Below are positions 20,390-30,490 of a DNA stretch of 64,000 nt, piece by piece. The stretch is taken from contig CAUOLH010000005.1 of NCBI GenBank assembly GCA_963456375.1, forward strand, positions 5,912-69,911, read 5' to 3'. This DNA comes from an uncultured Candidatus Saccharibacteria bacterium. GTDB taxonomy: Bacteria > Patescibacteriota > Saccharimonadia > Saccharimonadales > Saccharimonadaceae. The position numbers were made by a program, and so were the translations under genes. The notes under the pieces were generated by a model. It searched no databases. It was given only the letters and a program-made list of their open reading frames with translations, and was not told the origin of the DNA. How positions within the stretch are numbered: position 1 is the first letter of the stretch; each line of letters begins with the position of its first letter.

Positions 20390-21007
20390 ATGCCTCTACA
20401 TATTTTGCCAAAGGCCTTAACAGCGCTTATTGACGACTTTGGCAGTTTGCCTGGAGTAGGCGCGCGAACAGCCGAGCGCTATGCATATGCCGTCCTGCGG
20501 CGTAATCCCAAGTCAGCCAAGCAGTTAGCGCAATCGCTCGACCGGCTGCACGATCGGGTAAAAACCTGCCCGAAGACATTTGCGCTGATTGACGCGAGTG
20601 AAGAAATATCACCGCTTTACGCTGATAAAAGCCGCAATAAGCAGCTTGTTTGCGTGGTTGAAGAACCGCTAGATATTGTCGCTCTGGAAAGAACAGGGCA
20701 GTTTACCGGGACTTACCACGTACTAGGCGGCGTCATCTCGCCGATTGACGGCATTGGGCCGGAACAGCTGCACATTCCAGAACTGATCGACCGGATCAAA
20801 TCAGACAACGTCCAGGAAGTTATCATCGCTACCAACGCTTCGGTTGAGGGCGAATCAACTGCCTTGTTCTTACAGCGGTATATCCAAGAAGCAGGACTAA
20901 CTATTACCGTATCGCGTCTAGCGCGGGGAATCCCAGTCGGTGTTGACCTTGAATACGCTGATCAAATTACCCTAACGCATGCTCTGGAGGGACGAAAGCA
21001 GCTGTAA
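20390..21007 (+). CDS. recR: Recombination mediator RecR
   Basis: LPGVG.RTAER HhH, YHVLGG.ISP, EGESTA, RLARGIPVG..LEY.D Toprim motifs. Confidence 0.97.
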   Translation: MPLHILPKALTALIDDFGSLPGVGARTAERYAYAVLRRNPKSAKQLAQSLDRLHDRVKTCPKTFALIDASEEISPLYADKSRNKQLVCVVEEPLDIVALERTGQFTGTYHVLGGVISPIDGIGPEQLHIPELIDRIKSDNVQEVIIATNASVEGESTALFLQRYIQEAGLTITVSRLARGIPVGVDLEYADQITLTHALEGRKQL

Positions 21008-21032
21008 ACAAATAAGAAAAAACCTACAATAC

Positions 21033-21064
21033 AAATACCCGCCTCACCCAGGGCGGGTATTATA
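21033..21064. terminator. Bidirectional terminator
   Basis: AATACCCGCC / GGCGGGTATT inverted repeat between convergent genes. Confidence 0.8.
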
Positions 21065-21083
21065 TTTGCTGTTTAGTGTTTAT

Positions 21084-22376
21084 TTACATCTGGCGGCGAG
21101 AAGCTACGTAAGCGATGATGGCTGTGGTTAGTCCGCCGAGGCCTAGTGCTGACATAACGATGTTGGTAGTACCGGTTCTTGGCAACTGATTTGGAGTAGG
21201 AGTCTCTGGGGTTTTCGGAGGTGTTGACGGCGTCTCTGGAGGAGTAACCGGCTTTTCCTTACACTTGCTCAAGTCAGTTGTATGAATCTCCTTGTTAAGC
21301 TCTTCTTTCTTGATTCTCTTAATCTGTTTGCTTTCAATAACACAGATTTCAATTTCTTCTGGAGTTTCTTTACAGCGGCTTAAATCGGTTGTGTGCTTGC
21401 TCTCGTCAAACTCTTCTTTTTTAATCTTCTTAATCTGCTTAGATTCAATTATACAGACGTCGAGCTCTTCCGGAACTTCCTTACAATCATTTGGGTTCTT
21501 AGAATATTTTTTCTCGTCAAACTCTGACTCTTTGATGGTTACCGGATATTTCTTATCCGACAAGCGGCAAACTTGCATTTCTGGCTCTGGTTTGACCGTA
21601 ATTTGCGTCTGGCAGCCCTGGCTAGTCTTTTGAACGTCAGAACCTTCCTTGCCGTTAACTGTCACAGTTACTTTATAGTTGCCCGGCTTCGCATAGGTGT
21701 GCTGAATTTCAGATGACGTTGTAGTTTGCGTCGTGCCGTCGCCGAAGTTATAGGTATAGCTGGTAACGCTAGCGCCGTCTTTGGCAGTTGCCTTGGTGCT
21801 AAACTTGAAAGTATCTCTGGAAACTTCAGTCTTTTGCATAGCGTCGCAAGTTAACGACGGCTTTGCTGGCGGCGGGGTAGGATTACCCCAAATCGGGTTG
21901 CCGCAATCCTTGATGACGCCGGCGATGAACTTGCCGTTGTCGTCAAACCAAGCAAAGATATCGAATTGGTTATACACAAAGCTGTTCTGAACGTCAAACT
22001 TGTAATATTTTGTACCGCCGATAACCTCAGTGCCATACGACGAAGCAGGATAACGGGTATTGCGCTGGACAGTTCGCGCGCCAGTTGCTACCACGCGGCC
22101 GTCAACCACCACGCGGCCGTCTTTATAGACGACACCGTTTTTCATATTCTTACCTTCGATCATCGCGTCATTGGTGTTATTCCAATTCATCAAAGACCGA
22201 AAATCGCTGCGGCTATAATACGTACTTTTCAGCTCCTGGTGGCTGCGCGTACCGCACTCTATTACGTTAATCCACTTGTCGCAAACAGCTGCTCGCGATG
22301 GCGAGGCCAGCCAGACTCCGCCGATGATAGCAATTCCCAGGGAAATAGCTATGCCGATTCTCTTTAGTTTGTTCAT
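21084..22376 (-). CDS. LPxTG-anchored surface protein with PKD domain and Cys-paired repeats
   Basis: Signal peptide; YTYNFGDG...HTYAKPGNY PKD signature; three VC/IC...C repeats; P/T linker; LPRTG + TM helix + RRQM. Confidence 0.88.
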   Translation of the reverse strand: MNKLKRIGIAISLGIAIIGGVWLASPSRAAVCDKWINVIECGTRSHQELKSTYYSRSDFRSLMNWNNTNDAMIEGKNMKNGVVYKDGRVVVDGRVVATGARTVQRNTRYPASSYGTEVIGGTKYYKFDVQNSFVYNQFDIFAWFDDNGKFIAGVIKDCGNPIWGNPTPPPAKPSLTCDAMQKTEVSRDTFKFSTKATAKDGASVTSYTYNFGDGTTQTTTSSEIQHTYAKPGNYKVTVTVNGKEGSDVQKTSQGCQTQITVKPEPEMQVCRLSDKKYPVTIKESEFDEKKYSKNPNDCKEVPEELDVCIIESKQIKKIKKEEFDESKHTTDLSRCKETPEEIEICVIESKQIKRIKKEELNKEIHTTDLSKCKEKPVTPPETPSTPPKTPETPTPNQLPRTGTTNIVMSALGLGGLTTAIIAYVASRRQM

Positions 22377-22508
22377 AAAAACTCCTCTTACTGCCTCTAT
22401 TAACGAGGCTTATACATCCACGTTATCACAAACTTTATGTATTGTCAATAATAATTCGTAATCTTTTATGCTTATTTTCTCTTTCCCAAGATTTGTCGCC
22501 TAATAATA

Positions 22509-22541
22509 AAATACCCGCCTCGGATTGGGCGGGTATCGTTT
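22509..22541 (-). terminator. Terminator of second LPxTG gene
   Basis: ATACCCGCCT / GGGCGGGTAT stem, near copy of 21033-21064. Confidence 0.75.
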
Positions 22542-22554
22542 TGCTATTTTTATA

Positions 22555-23619
22555 TTACATCTGGCGGCGGGAAACTGCGTAAGCGATGATGGCTGTGGTT
22601 AGTCCGCCGAGACCCAGTGCTGACATAACGATGTTAGCAGTACCGGTTTTTGGCAATTCAGCTGGAGTAGGGGTTTCTGGGGTTGGAGGGGTAACAGGAG
22701 TCTCTTTACACTTTGACATATCGGTTGTGTATTGGCTGTTATTCAACTCTTTACGTGTAACGGTGACTGTCTGCTTGTCAGAGATGCGGCACACTTCAGC
22801 TTTATCGCAATCATCCTCGTTCCTTGAATGCTTTTTCTCGTCGTACTCCTTTTCCTTGATGGTAATGATTTTACCAGTCTTCAACTCGCAGACCCTTGTC
22901 TTCTGGCAATCTGTCAAATCCTTTGAATGCTTCTTGCTATCAAATTGCTTTTCTTTAATTGTAATGATCGTGTTGGAATCCAGGTCGCAAACTTTCGTTT
23001 CTTTACAATCTTCAAGGTCTTTTGAATGTTTCTTGCTATCGTACTCGTTTTCCTTAATTGTCACGATCTTTTTACTAGTCAAGTCGCAAACTTTAACGTC
23101 CTTAGCTTTCCAGGTAGCTTGTCCCCAAACTGGGTTGCCGCAATCCTTGATGACGCCGGCGATAAACTTGCCATAGCTGTCAAACCAGGCATAAATAGCG
23201 TAAGTAGTCGTTCCGTCGATAAAGCTCTGGCCAGTGGTGTATCGGTAATAATTATAGCCGCCGTAGTTAACTGTCTCTTCCGGAGAAACCTGGCGTGTGC
23301 CGGCTTTCGCCTGGTATGTGCGAGCGCCAGTAGCAACCACCTGGCCGTCAACGACAACATTACCGTTGGCATCAACCGTACCTTGCTTCATGTTCGTGCC
23401 GTTATTAATCATGCTATCAGTGATGCCGCTATGATTATATAGACTCTTCACATGAGGCCTGGCGTAAGCAGCTTTCAGGTCGCCCTGGCTGTGCGTACCG
23501 CAGGCAACAACGTTAAAGTCGCTACATTTTGCTGCTTTTGATGGCGAGGCCAGCCAGACTCCGCCGATGATAGCAATTCCCAGGGAAATAGCTATGCCAA
23601 ATTTCTTTACCTTATCCAT
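22555..23619 (-). CDS. LPxTG-anchored surface protein, paralog without PKD domain
   Basis: Near-identical signal peptide; four ~33-aa VC..K.I.TIKE..YD.KKHS...DC repeats; LPKTG + TM helix + RRQM. Confidence 0.88.
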   Translation of the reverse strand: MDKVKKFGIAISLGIAIIGGVWLASPSKAAKCSDFNVVACGTHSQGDLKAAYARPHVKSLYNHSGITDSMINNGTNMKQGTVDANGNVVVDGQVVATGARTYQAKAGTRQVSPEETVNYGGYNYYRYTTGQSFIDGTTTYAIYAWFDSYGKFIAGVIKDCGNPVWGQATWKAKDVKVCDLTSKKIVTIKENEYDSKKHSKDLEDCKETKVCDLDSNTIITIKEKQFDSKKHSKDLTDCQKTRVCELKTGKIITIKEKEYDEKKHSRNEDDCDKAEVCRISDKQTVTVTRKELNNSQYTTDMSKCKETPVTPPTPETPTPAELPKTGTANIVMSALGLGGLTTAIIAYAVSRRQM

Positions 23620-23847
23620 AAAAACTCCTTTTCCCAGCCTTATCCATAGGCTTTATGTTGCCATATTAGCACAAACTTTATATTTTGTCAATAATATTTT
23701 AGTACAAATTATGTTTTAACTAGCTTTTTGATTATTTTTGCCTGATATTATATTGTTCCGGCTCAAATACGCCTGGCGATAAGCCTGATTAGCGTCCCGA
23801 ATTATTTTATCTTGCCAATTTAATACCGCTTTTGCTACAATACAACC

Positions 23848-24729
23848 ATGAAACCAGAGGTGGGGAAGGCACGCGCTGAGGATATCGCGGCATTTTTAGC
23901 GAAATTTGACGATGTCGAGGAAGCAATCGACGCAATCCGCAACTTTGCCCAGCCGGCTGTTTCGGCCGGCTTAGTCGACTTACCTCCAACCGCCAAATCC
24001 AATTCAGCCGCTAAGGCTATGACACCGCCCGCTGCCGCGCCAGAACGCTCCAGCCGCTGCCACATCGCCGTAACCGACCTCGCCAAATATTACCGCGTCG
24101 GCCGCCAGACCATTCCAGCGCTCGGCGGCGTTAGCCTTGATATTTTCGCTGGCGAATTCGTGGCCATCACTGGCGCTAGCGGCTCGGGTAAAAGTACTTT
24201 ATTGCAGCTCATCGGCGGACTCGACAAGCCGTCCACCGGTCAAATCCTCATTAACGACCAGCCGCTCAGCCGCTTGTCCGACCGGCAACTGTCGCGGTTC
24301 CGATCGCGTGAAATCGGCTTTGTCTTCCAATCATTTTATCTGCAGCCATTCCTAACTCTGTCCGCCAATCTGGAAATACCCGCCATGTTTGCCCGCATTA
24401 AGTCCAAGCAGCGCCGCGCCCGCGCCCAGGAACTCGCCGAATTGGTCGGACTAGCAGACCGAATGCACCATTTGCCACGCGAACTTTCCGGCGGTCAAAT
24501 TCAGCGCGCTGCCATCGCCCGCGCCTTATTCAATCGCCCGAATATTTTACTAGCCGACGAACCGACAGGCAATCTGGACAGCGCCAACTCCGACCGCATC
24601 ATCGACCTATTTCATCAAATTCGCCGCGAACTCGGCACCACGGTCGTTATCGTTACACATAATCCAGACATCGCCGCAGCGGCCGATCGTGAAATCCGCC
24701 TGAAGGACGGGAGAATAGCCGATGCTTAG
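23848..24729 (+). CDS. ABC transporter ATP-binding protein (LolD/MacB type)
   Basis: GASGSGKST, LSGGQ, ADEPTGNLD, VTH. Confidence 0.95.
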   Translation: MKPEVGKARAEDIAAFLAKFDDVEEAIDAIRNFAQPAVSAGLVDLPPTAKSNSAAKAMTPPAAAPERSSRCHIAVTDLAKYYRVGRQTIPALGGVSLDIFAGEFVAITGASGSGKSTLLQLIGGLDKPSTGQILINDQPLSRLSDRQLSRFRSREIGFVFQSFYLQPFLTLSANLEIPAMFARIKSKQRRARAQELAELVGLADRMHHLPRELSGGQIQRAAIARALFNRPNILLADEPTGNLDSANSDRIIDLFHQIRRELGTTVVIVTHNPDIAAAADREIRLKDGRIADA

Positions 24730-26695
24730 AATCACCGATTCGCTGCGGCTGGCTGGCACCAAACTCCGAGTGCGGCGTATTCGCCTGTCCATCACCGTGG
24801 TCGTGTCTGGGCTGCTTTTCGCGGCGCTGCTGGCGGGACTGACTATGTTAATGGGTGCTCAGCGGAGCGTCGAGGAATTTGATCGAGGCAGCCTGAATAG
24901 CCGCTATTTGGTGGCGCAAACTGCCATTCGGCCAAATAATATTGAATTTACCTCAAATCTAACTGCTCGCGCCGAAGCCGAACGTACGCAAATGATCAAA
25001 GACAAGCAGGCGCTGGCCGCCCGCCTCGGCCTGCCATACGACCCCAAATCCGAACCACCAATCATGCAGTCGTTTCCTGATAGCCAGCCGTACCCGAACG
25101 ACCAGAGCGTCATCGTCCAGCGGCTTATTCGCCAGGAGACCGCCAAATTACCGCGCCTCACAGCGGACGCACAGTGGCAATTTGCCCGCACCCGCGGTGC
25201 CGTGCAGCAGTTTAGTATTCAATCAATCGCCGCGAACGGTATGCTGAATTATATGGAGCGGGGAATTGAGTCGTTTGACGACAAGCGCCAGCAAAACAAC
25301 CAGCCGACACCGCTGGAAGAATTTAAGCAGCAATTCGGCAGCATAACCGCCATCGACCAATCATTGCTGGGCGGCTATTTGCTAGCAAACGCCAACGCCA
25401 AACCCAATGAGATCCCGCTGATCATCCGCTACCAGGACGCTGAAGCGCTGCTTGGCCTCAAGCCGCTGGATAAAAATGCCAGCAATGACACGCAACTAGC
25501 ACGGCTCAAAGAATTGCGCCAAAAAGCCGGGCAGCTGACATTCAGCGCCTGTTATCGCAACCCAGCTTCGCAAGAATTACTGCAAACCGCCAAACAGCAA
25601 ATCCAAGCTGCCGCCAATCAAGCTAAGAAACCATCCGCCGATTATGTCAAGCCAGACCGCGAATACGCCATGCCGTCCACTGACTCCTGCGCCGCGCCGG
25701 CTGTTGTTAAGGATAATCGTTCAGCCGAAGCCAAGCGCACCGAGGCTAACCAGCGCCAATTTGATCAGACTTTCGGCTCAGCCCAGCCCGAACCCGCCCA
25801 GGCCAAATTTACTTTCCGCGTCGTCGGTCTGATGCCAGACGGTATTGAAGCCGCCCAAAGCGACATCGGTAGCTTCTTACAACAATTTTTAAGCACCCGC
25901 CTGTCATACACCTGGATCATGCCGCGCGGCTCAATGACCACCGCGGCGCAAACAGCGCTTGAATCGACTATTCAAACCGCCAACAATGATCAAGGTAATG
26001 CCAACAGGGAAGAGACGCTGGCTATCTATGAATTCAGCGACCCCAATAAAGCTCGCAGCTACCTGGCAGCCGCTTCTTGCGGCGAAGGAACTTCTGGCGG
26101 TACGGGAGGCACCGATTTATTCGCCCAGCCCGAACCTGTTGAAGCTTCCAAAGCCCAAAAGTCTAATAAGTCAATCTGCCTGCCGCACTACGTAGTATTC
26201 GCGTCGCCCACCGGCAGCAACTCGCTCGTCAATTACGACGCCATGGAGCGCCTCAAACCAATCATCATGTGGACATTCATCGGCGTGACGATCATAGCCG
26301 CCTTTATCTTGCTGATTATCATTTCCCGCACCATCGCCGACAGCCGTAAAGAGTCCGCAGTTTTTCGAGCGCTCGGAGCAACGCGGCTTGATATTAGCCA
26401 AATTTATTTCGTTTACACCATGATCGTGGCGCTGCTCACCGCGCTGTTCAGTATCGCCGCCGGACTAATCGTCGTATATATTGCCGACAATTTGCTGGCT
26501 AGTCAAATCACCGCGACACTGCGCATCGCCATGACGCCGAAAGATTTGGCGACGACCTTCCATTTTTGGACGATTGACTGGATAGTCATCGGCGCGGTCG
26601 CCCTTAGTATCATCGCTGCCGCTGTGCTGGCGTGCCTGATACCGCTCATCCGCAACACCCGCCGCAACCCGATTAAAGATATGCGTGACGAGTAG
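24722..26695 (+). CDS. ABC transporter permease (FtsX/MacB type)
   Basis: N-terminal TM, large extracytoplasmic domain, C-terminal RKE.AVFRALGA motif with three TMs. Confidence 0.9.
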   Translation: MLRITDSLRLAGTKLRVRRIRLSITVVVSGLLFAALLAGLTMLMGAQRSVEEFDRGSLNSRYLVAQTAIRPNNIEFTSNLTARAEAERTQMIKDKQALAARLGLPYDPKSEPPIMQSFPDSQPYPNDQSVIVQRLIRQETAKLPRLTADAQWQFARTRGAVQQFSIQSIAANGMLNYMERGIESFDDKRQQNNQPTPLEEFKQQFGSITAIDQSLLGGYLLANANAKPNEIPLIIRYQDAEALLGLKPLDKNASNDTQLARLKELRQKAGQLTFSACYRNPASQELLQTAKQQIQAAANQAKKPSADYVKPDREYAMPSTDSCAAPAVVKDNRSAEAKRTEANQRQFDQTFGSAQPEPAQAKFTFRVVGLMPDGIEAAQSDIGSFLQQFLSTRLSYTWIMPRGSMTTAAQTALESTIQTANNDQGNANREETLAIYEFSDPNKARSYLAAASCGEGTSGGTGGTDLFAQPEPVEASKAQKSNKSICLPHYVVFASPTGSNSLVNYDAMERLKPIIMWTFIGVTIIAAFILLIIISRTIADSRKESAVFRALGATRLDISQIYFVYTMIVALLTALFSIAAGLIVVYIADNLLASQITATLRIAMTPKDLATTFHFWTIDWIVIGAVALSIIAAAVLACLIPLIRNTRRNPIKDMRDE

Positions 26696-26737
26696 CCCCA
26701 CCACCCCACCGAAAATCCCATCTGCTATAATAAGACT

Positions 26738-27724
26738 ATGTTTGATACCGCCAAGCAACTCATCCAATCTGCCAATAACATCGTCATTATCCAGGCCGAA
26801 AACCCTGATGGAGACAGCCTGGGTTCTAGCTTGGCGCTGGAGGAGGTACTGAGCGATTTGGGTAAAACTGTGACGTTGTATTGTCCAGTCGATATCCCCA
26901 AATACCTGCGGTATATCCGCGGCTGGGACCGGGTGGTTAGCGATTTTCCAGCCCGTGCCGACCTGGCTATCATCGTTGATACCAGCGCTGATGTGTTGCT
27001 CAGCAAGGTCTTAGAAACGCCGGGGGTGCGGCACTTTTTGGAAACACACCCAGTCTTGGTCGTCGACCACCACACCGCCGAGTCAACCCTGAGTTTTGAG
27101 CACACCATGCTCTATGACACCGTGGTGGCAACCGGGGAATTACTCTACCAATTGTTCACGCATGCCGGTTGGACCATCAACCAGCAAGCCGCCGAAAACC
27201 TCCTCATCGCCATCATGTCTGACAGTCTGGGTCTCACCACGCCAAATACCACCGCGTCGACCTTTCACGTCGCTGGTGAATTGACCGAGCTGGGCGCTTC
27301 CAATGCCGAAATTGAAGAGCGGCGGCGCGAATTTATGAAGAAATCGCCAGAGATTTTGGCGTACAAAGGCAAGCTAATTGAGCGAATCGAATATTTACTG
27401 GACGGGAAATTGGCGTTGGTGCACGTGCCCTTTGAGGAAATTCAACAGTACAGCGATGCCTACAACCCCGGCGCACTGATCGGCGACGAGCTGCGGTTGG
27501 TCGAGGGCGTGGCGCTCAGCTGCGTTATCAAAACTTATCCCGACGGCAAACTGACCGCCCGCCTGCGCGGCAATTTACCAATCGCCGACACGGTCGCTGG
27601 CTACTTCGGCGGCGGCGGCCATCCGTACGCGGCTGGTTTCCGCGTGTACGAGAATTATGACGAAGTCGTGCGAGAATTGGTGACGGCGACAGATAAAGCT
27701 CTGCGAGAAGCAGAACAGAGATAA
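26738..27724 (+). CDS. DHH/DHHA1 phosphoesterase (NrnA-like)
   Basis: NPDGD, VD, DHH, GGGGH motifs. Confidence 0.93.
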   Translation: MFDTAKQLIQSANNIVIIQAENPDGDSLGSSLALEEVLSDLGKTVTLYCPVDIPKYLRYIRGWDRVVSDFPARADLAIIVDTSADVLLSKVLETPGVRHFLETHPVLVVDHHTAESTLSFEHTMLYDTVVATGELLYQLFTHAGWTINQQAAENLLIAIMSDSLGLTTPNTTASTFHVAGELTELGASNAEIEERRREFMKKSPEILAYKGKLIERIEYLLDGKLALVHVPFEEIQQYSDAYNPGALIGDELRLVEGVALSCVIKTYPDGKLTARLRGNLPIADTVAGYFGGGGHPYAAGFRVYENYDEVVRELVTATDKALREAEQR

Positions 27725-27932
27725 AGTTTATTGCAACCCTTGCGCACAACTCGCCCATCTTTACGAGCATTTGTTTGTTACCGCAGTCGCCGATTACCTT
27801 TACCGCCACGGACAATACAAGCTAAGTGGATTACGCGCTCAATGGTGCTACCTATGATTCCGGCGTGATATCAGCTAGCGGCGGCAAACCAAATATTAAA
27901 CTACCTCTTATATATAATCTAACCCGGCTCGC

Positions 27933-28034
27933 CCTATACGATGCACCAAATCATCATGCACTGCAAAAAACTATGCCAGTTATTGCGCCAATTGCTGACC
28001 TATACGATGCACCAAATCATCATGCACTGCAAAA
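27933..28034. repeat. Two 36-bp exact direct repeats separated by 30 bp
   Basis: CCTATACGATGCACCAAATCATCATGCACTGCAAAA at 27933-27968 and 27999-28034. Confidence 0.95.
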
Positions 28035-28872
28035 GCATCCTCAGAATCAACAGGACCATTGACCTCTCTCCGAATACGCTCAACTTCGTGCGAGATGGGC
28101 GTAGTGCGCTGAGCCACGTTACGCAAATCAGACAGGTAATTTCCTACATAGTATTCAACGGCATAGGCCCGTAGCTCCTTCCTAAGTCGGTCGCAAGATC
28201 TGTCTTCTTTAGTCATCCAATCTGTGATTGCTGCTTGTTTTAAATCTAGCGCATGAGTTGTTTCGTGAGACAAAGTCTCAGCATCAAAGACCCTAAACCC
28301 GCTTGAAAGTATACCTACGTAAGGACGACTATACCACTGAAACGCTTCCCCCCCATAAAGACAAGAGGGAAAGCCTTATACAAACATACACCCGCAGCAC
28401 CTGAAACACCATCCGCCTCAACCGCTAATTGGTTATTACAAAGCTCATCCAAACGACTTTCCACTCTACAGACTGCAGTATCATCATAACCCCTATGGGT
28501 AAGCGTTTCTCTTATAATCTTACGCTGCGCTGGCATAGGGGCGAGTGCTGCAGGCGCAGTAAAATTCACATCTCCAAGAAGAGGTATAACATCTTCATCC
28601 CGCCAACCTAAAGCCTTACTGGTATCTACCTCTCCGTCATTTTCATCAATAATTTCTGTCGGTTCCAGCATTTGAGCCGTTTCGTGCAATTCCAATGCTA
28701 ATCCGCCAAGCGCATCAGTGATTTCGGAACGTTCCAGCGTGCTTAATAACTGTTCCCGAGTATATTTTAGATCATCTAAAGAGGCGCGCCTGTACGTAGG
28801 ATCCGCCAAATACGGTTGTGACCCCCATCCATATCCGATATTATATCCAAATTCGTTTGCAGGTTTCATCAT
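27980..28872 (-). pseudogene. Frameshifted HExxH metallopeptidase-like gene
   Basis: ORFs 28872-28315 and 28273-27980 join if the G7 tract at 28348-28354 gains one G; downstream frame is open from 28375 and contains LSHETTHALD. Confidence 0.6.
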
Positions 28873-28880
28873 AGCTTTCA

Positions 28881-28909
28881 ATTATACATTGGATTTTATT
28901 TTTTGTCAA
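28881..28909 (-). promoter_or_regulatory. Consensus sigma70 promoter
   Basis: TTGACA (28909-28904), 17 bp, TATAAT (28886-28881). Confidence 0.85.
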
Positions 28910-28984
28910 TATTATATTCTCTGCAGGTTCACTCAACGAAAGCGAACTTTGAAAAAGCAGCCTGTCTGCCGTACAATAGAGTTG

Positions 28985-30418
28985 ATGATACAGCTCTACA
29001 ATACCCTCACTCGCCGTAAAGACAAACTGCAGCCGCTTGATGGGCAGACGGTTCGTATGTATACCTGCGGGCTGACGGTATATTCGCAGCCGCATATTGG
29101 CAACTGGGTCGGTTACATCTATTGGGATGTATTGGTGCGGTTGCTGCGCTGGCAGGATATCTCAGTGATTCGCACGCAAAATATCACCGACGTTGGACAT
29201 TTGACCAGCGATGATGATAATGGCGAGGACAAGATGGAAAAGGGGGCCCGCCGCGAGGGCAAGACCGCTTGGGACGTGGCCAGGCAGTACATCGCCATCG
29301 CTGAGCACGAGGCCTACGAGGTATTGAAATTGGTGCGACCCGACCATTTAGTGCGAGCAACGGACTACATCCAGCAGCAAATCGACTTTGCCAAGGGACT
29401 AGACGAGAAGGGATTTTTATACAAAATTGACGGCGACGGCATGTATTTTGACACGTCGCGGCTCCCGGATTATGGCAAATTAGCGCGGCTGGACGTGGCG
29501 GGCCTAGAAGCGGGCGCGCGAGTCAGCGTGGCAGGTAAGCGCAACATCACCGACTTCGCCGTCTGGAAATTTTCACCGACCAACACCAAGCGCGATATGG
29601 AATGGGACAGTCCATGGGGCGTCGGCTTTCCGGGTTGGCACTTGGAGTGTTCAACGATTGCTCGGGAAACGCTGGGGGATAGTATTGACATCCACACCGG
29701 CGGTATTGACCACATTCCGGTGCATCATACCAACGAGATCGCCCAAACTGAAAGTGTCACTGGTAAGCAATTTTCCCAGATTTGGCTACATAACAATCAC
29801 ATCAAGGTCGATGACCGCAAGATGAGTAAGTCGCTCGGCAATATCATCACTCTCAGCGACATCACGGCACGCGGCTTTAGCCCGATGGCTTTTAAGCTGG
29901 CGATTCTCAGCAAGCATTACCAAACCGAGGGCAATTTCACCTGGGAGATTTTGGAAGCAGCCCAGGCGCGGCTGGGGCATTGGCGCGGCTATGCGACGCT
30001 GCGACACCAGACGCACGACACGCTGGATGATGACGACGAGAAGGATGAGCAGGAGGGCACGGTGTCGCTGCTGGCGGCGCGGCAGGCGCTAATCGAAAAG
30101 CTGAATGATGATTTGGATACGCCAGGGGCCTTGGCGCTGATCGACGAGGCGTTTTCACGGCTGGATCACGCGCCGCTGGAGAAAATTCACCGCGGCGGTT
30201 TATTGCAACTGATTGAAATTATTGACGAGGTTTTGGGCTTGGATTTGGCGGAATCGACCCCTGATATTACTGACGATTTGAAGAGATTGATCATCCAGCG
30301 CCGCAGCGCCCGCGCCGAAAAAGATTGGCAAGAATCCGACCGCATTCGCGACGAACTGTTGGCGGCAGGCGTCACTATTCGCGACACGCCAAGCGGCAGC
30401 ATTTGGGCATGGAAGTAA
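28985..30418 (+). CDS. cysS: Cysteinyl-tRNA synthetase
   Basis: LYNTLTR, YTCG.TVY..PHIGN, GWHLECS, HHTNE, KMSKS; start moved to ATG 28985, 7 nt after TACAAT. Confidence 0.98.
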   Translation: MIQLYNTLTRRKDKLQPLDGQTVRMYTCGLTVYSQPHIGNWVGYIYWDVLVRLLRWQDISVIRTQNITDVGHLTSDDDNGEDKMEKGARREGKTAWDVARQYIAIAEHEAYEVLKLVRPDHLVRATDYIQQQIDFAKGLDEKGFLYKIDGDGMYFDTSRLPDYGKLARLDVAGLEAGARVSVAGKRNITDFAVWKFSPTNTKRDMEWDSPWGVGFPGWHLECSTIARETLGDSIDIHTGGIDHIPVHHTNEIAQTESVTGKQFSQIWLHNNHIKVDDRKMSKSLGNIITLSDITARGFSPMAFKLAILSKHYQTEGNFTWEILEAAQARLGHWRGYATLRHQTHDTLDDDDEKDEQEGTVSLLAARQALIEKLNDDLDTPGALALIDEAFSRLDHAPLEKIHRGGLLQLIEIIDEVLGLDLAESTPDITDDLKRLIIQRRSARAEKDWQESDRIRDELLAAGVTIRDTPSGSIWAWK

Positions 30419-30490
30419 TGACAATAGCCCGCCGGAATGACCGAGCGGGCCAGACATAAAGCACGTTAATTTAATTAACAGACCGACAAA

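Noticed and set aside
27933..28034. CRISPR array (36-bp repeat, 30-bp spacer)
   Set aside because: Only two repeats, no cas gene or leader in the window, and the repeat is coding sequence of the adjacent minus-strand ORF
28718..28984. 89-aa N-terminal extension of CysRS
   Set aside because: Overlaps the divergent gene and promoter; homology and a -10 box point to ATG 28985. Similar over-extensions at 33566, 35361, 36230, 41600, 56123 and 63597
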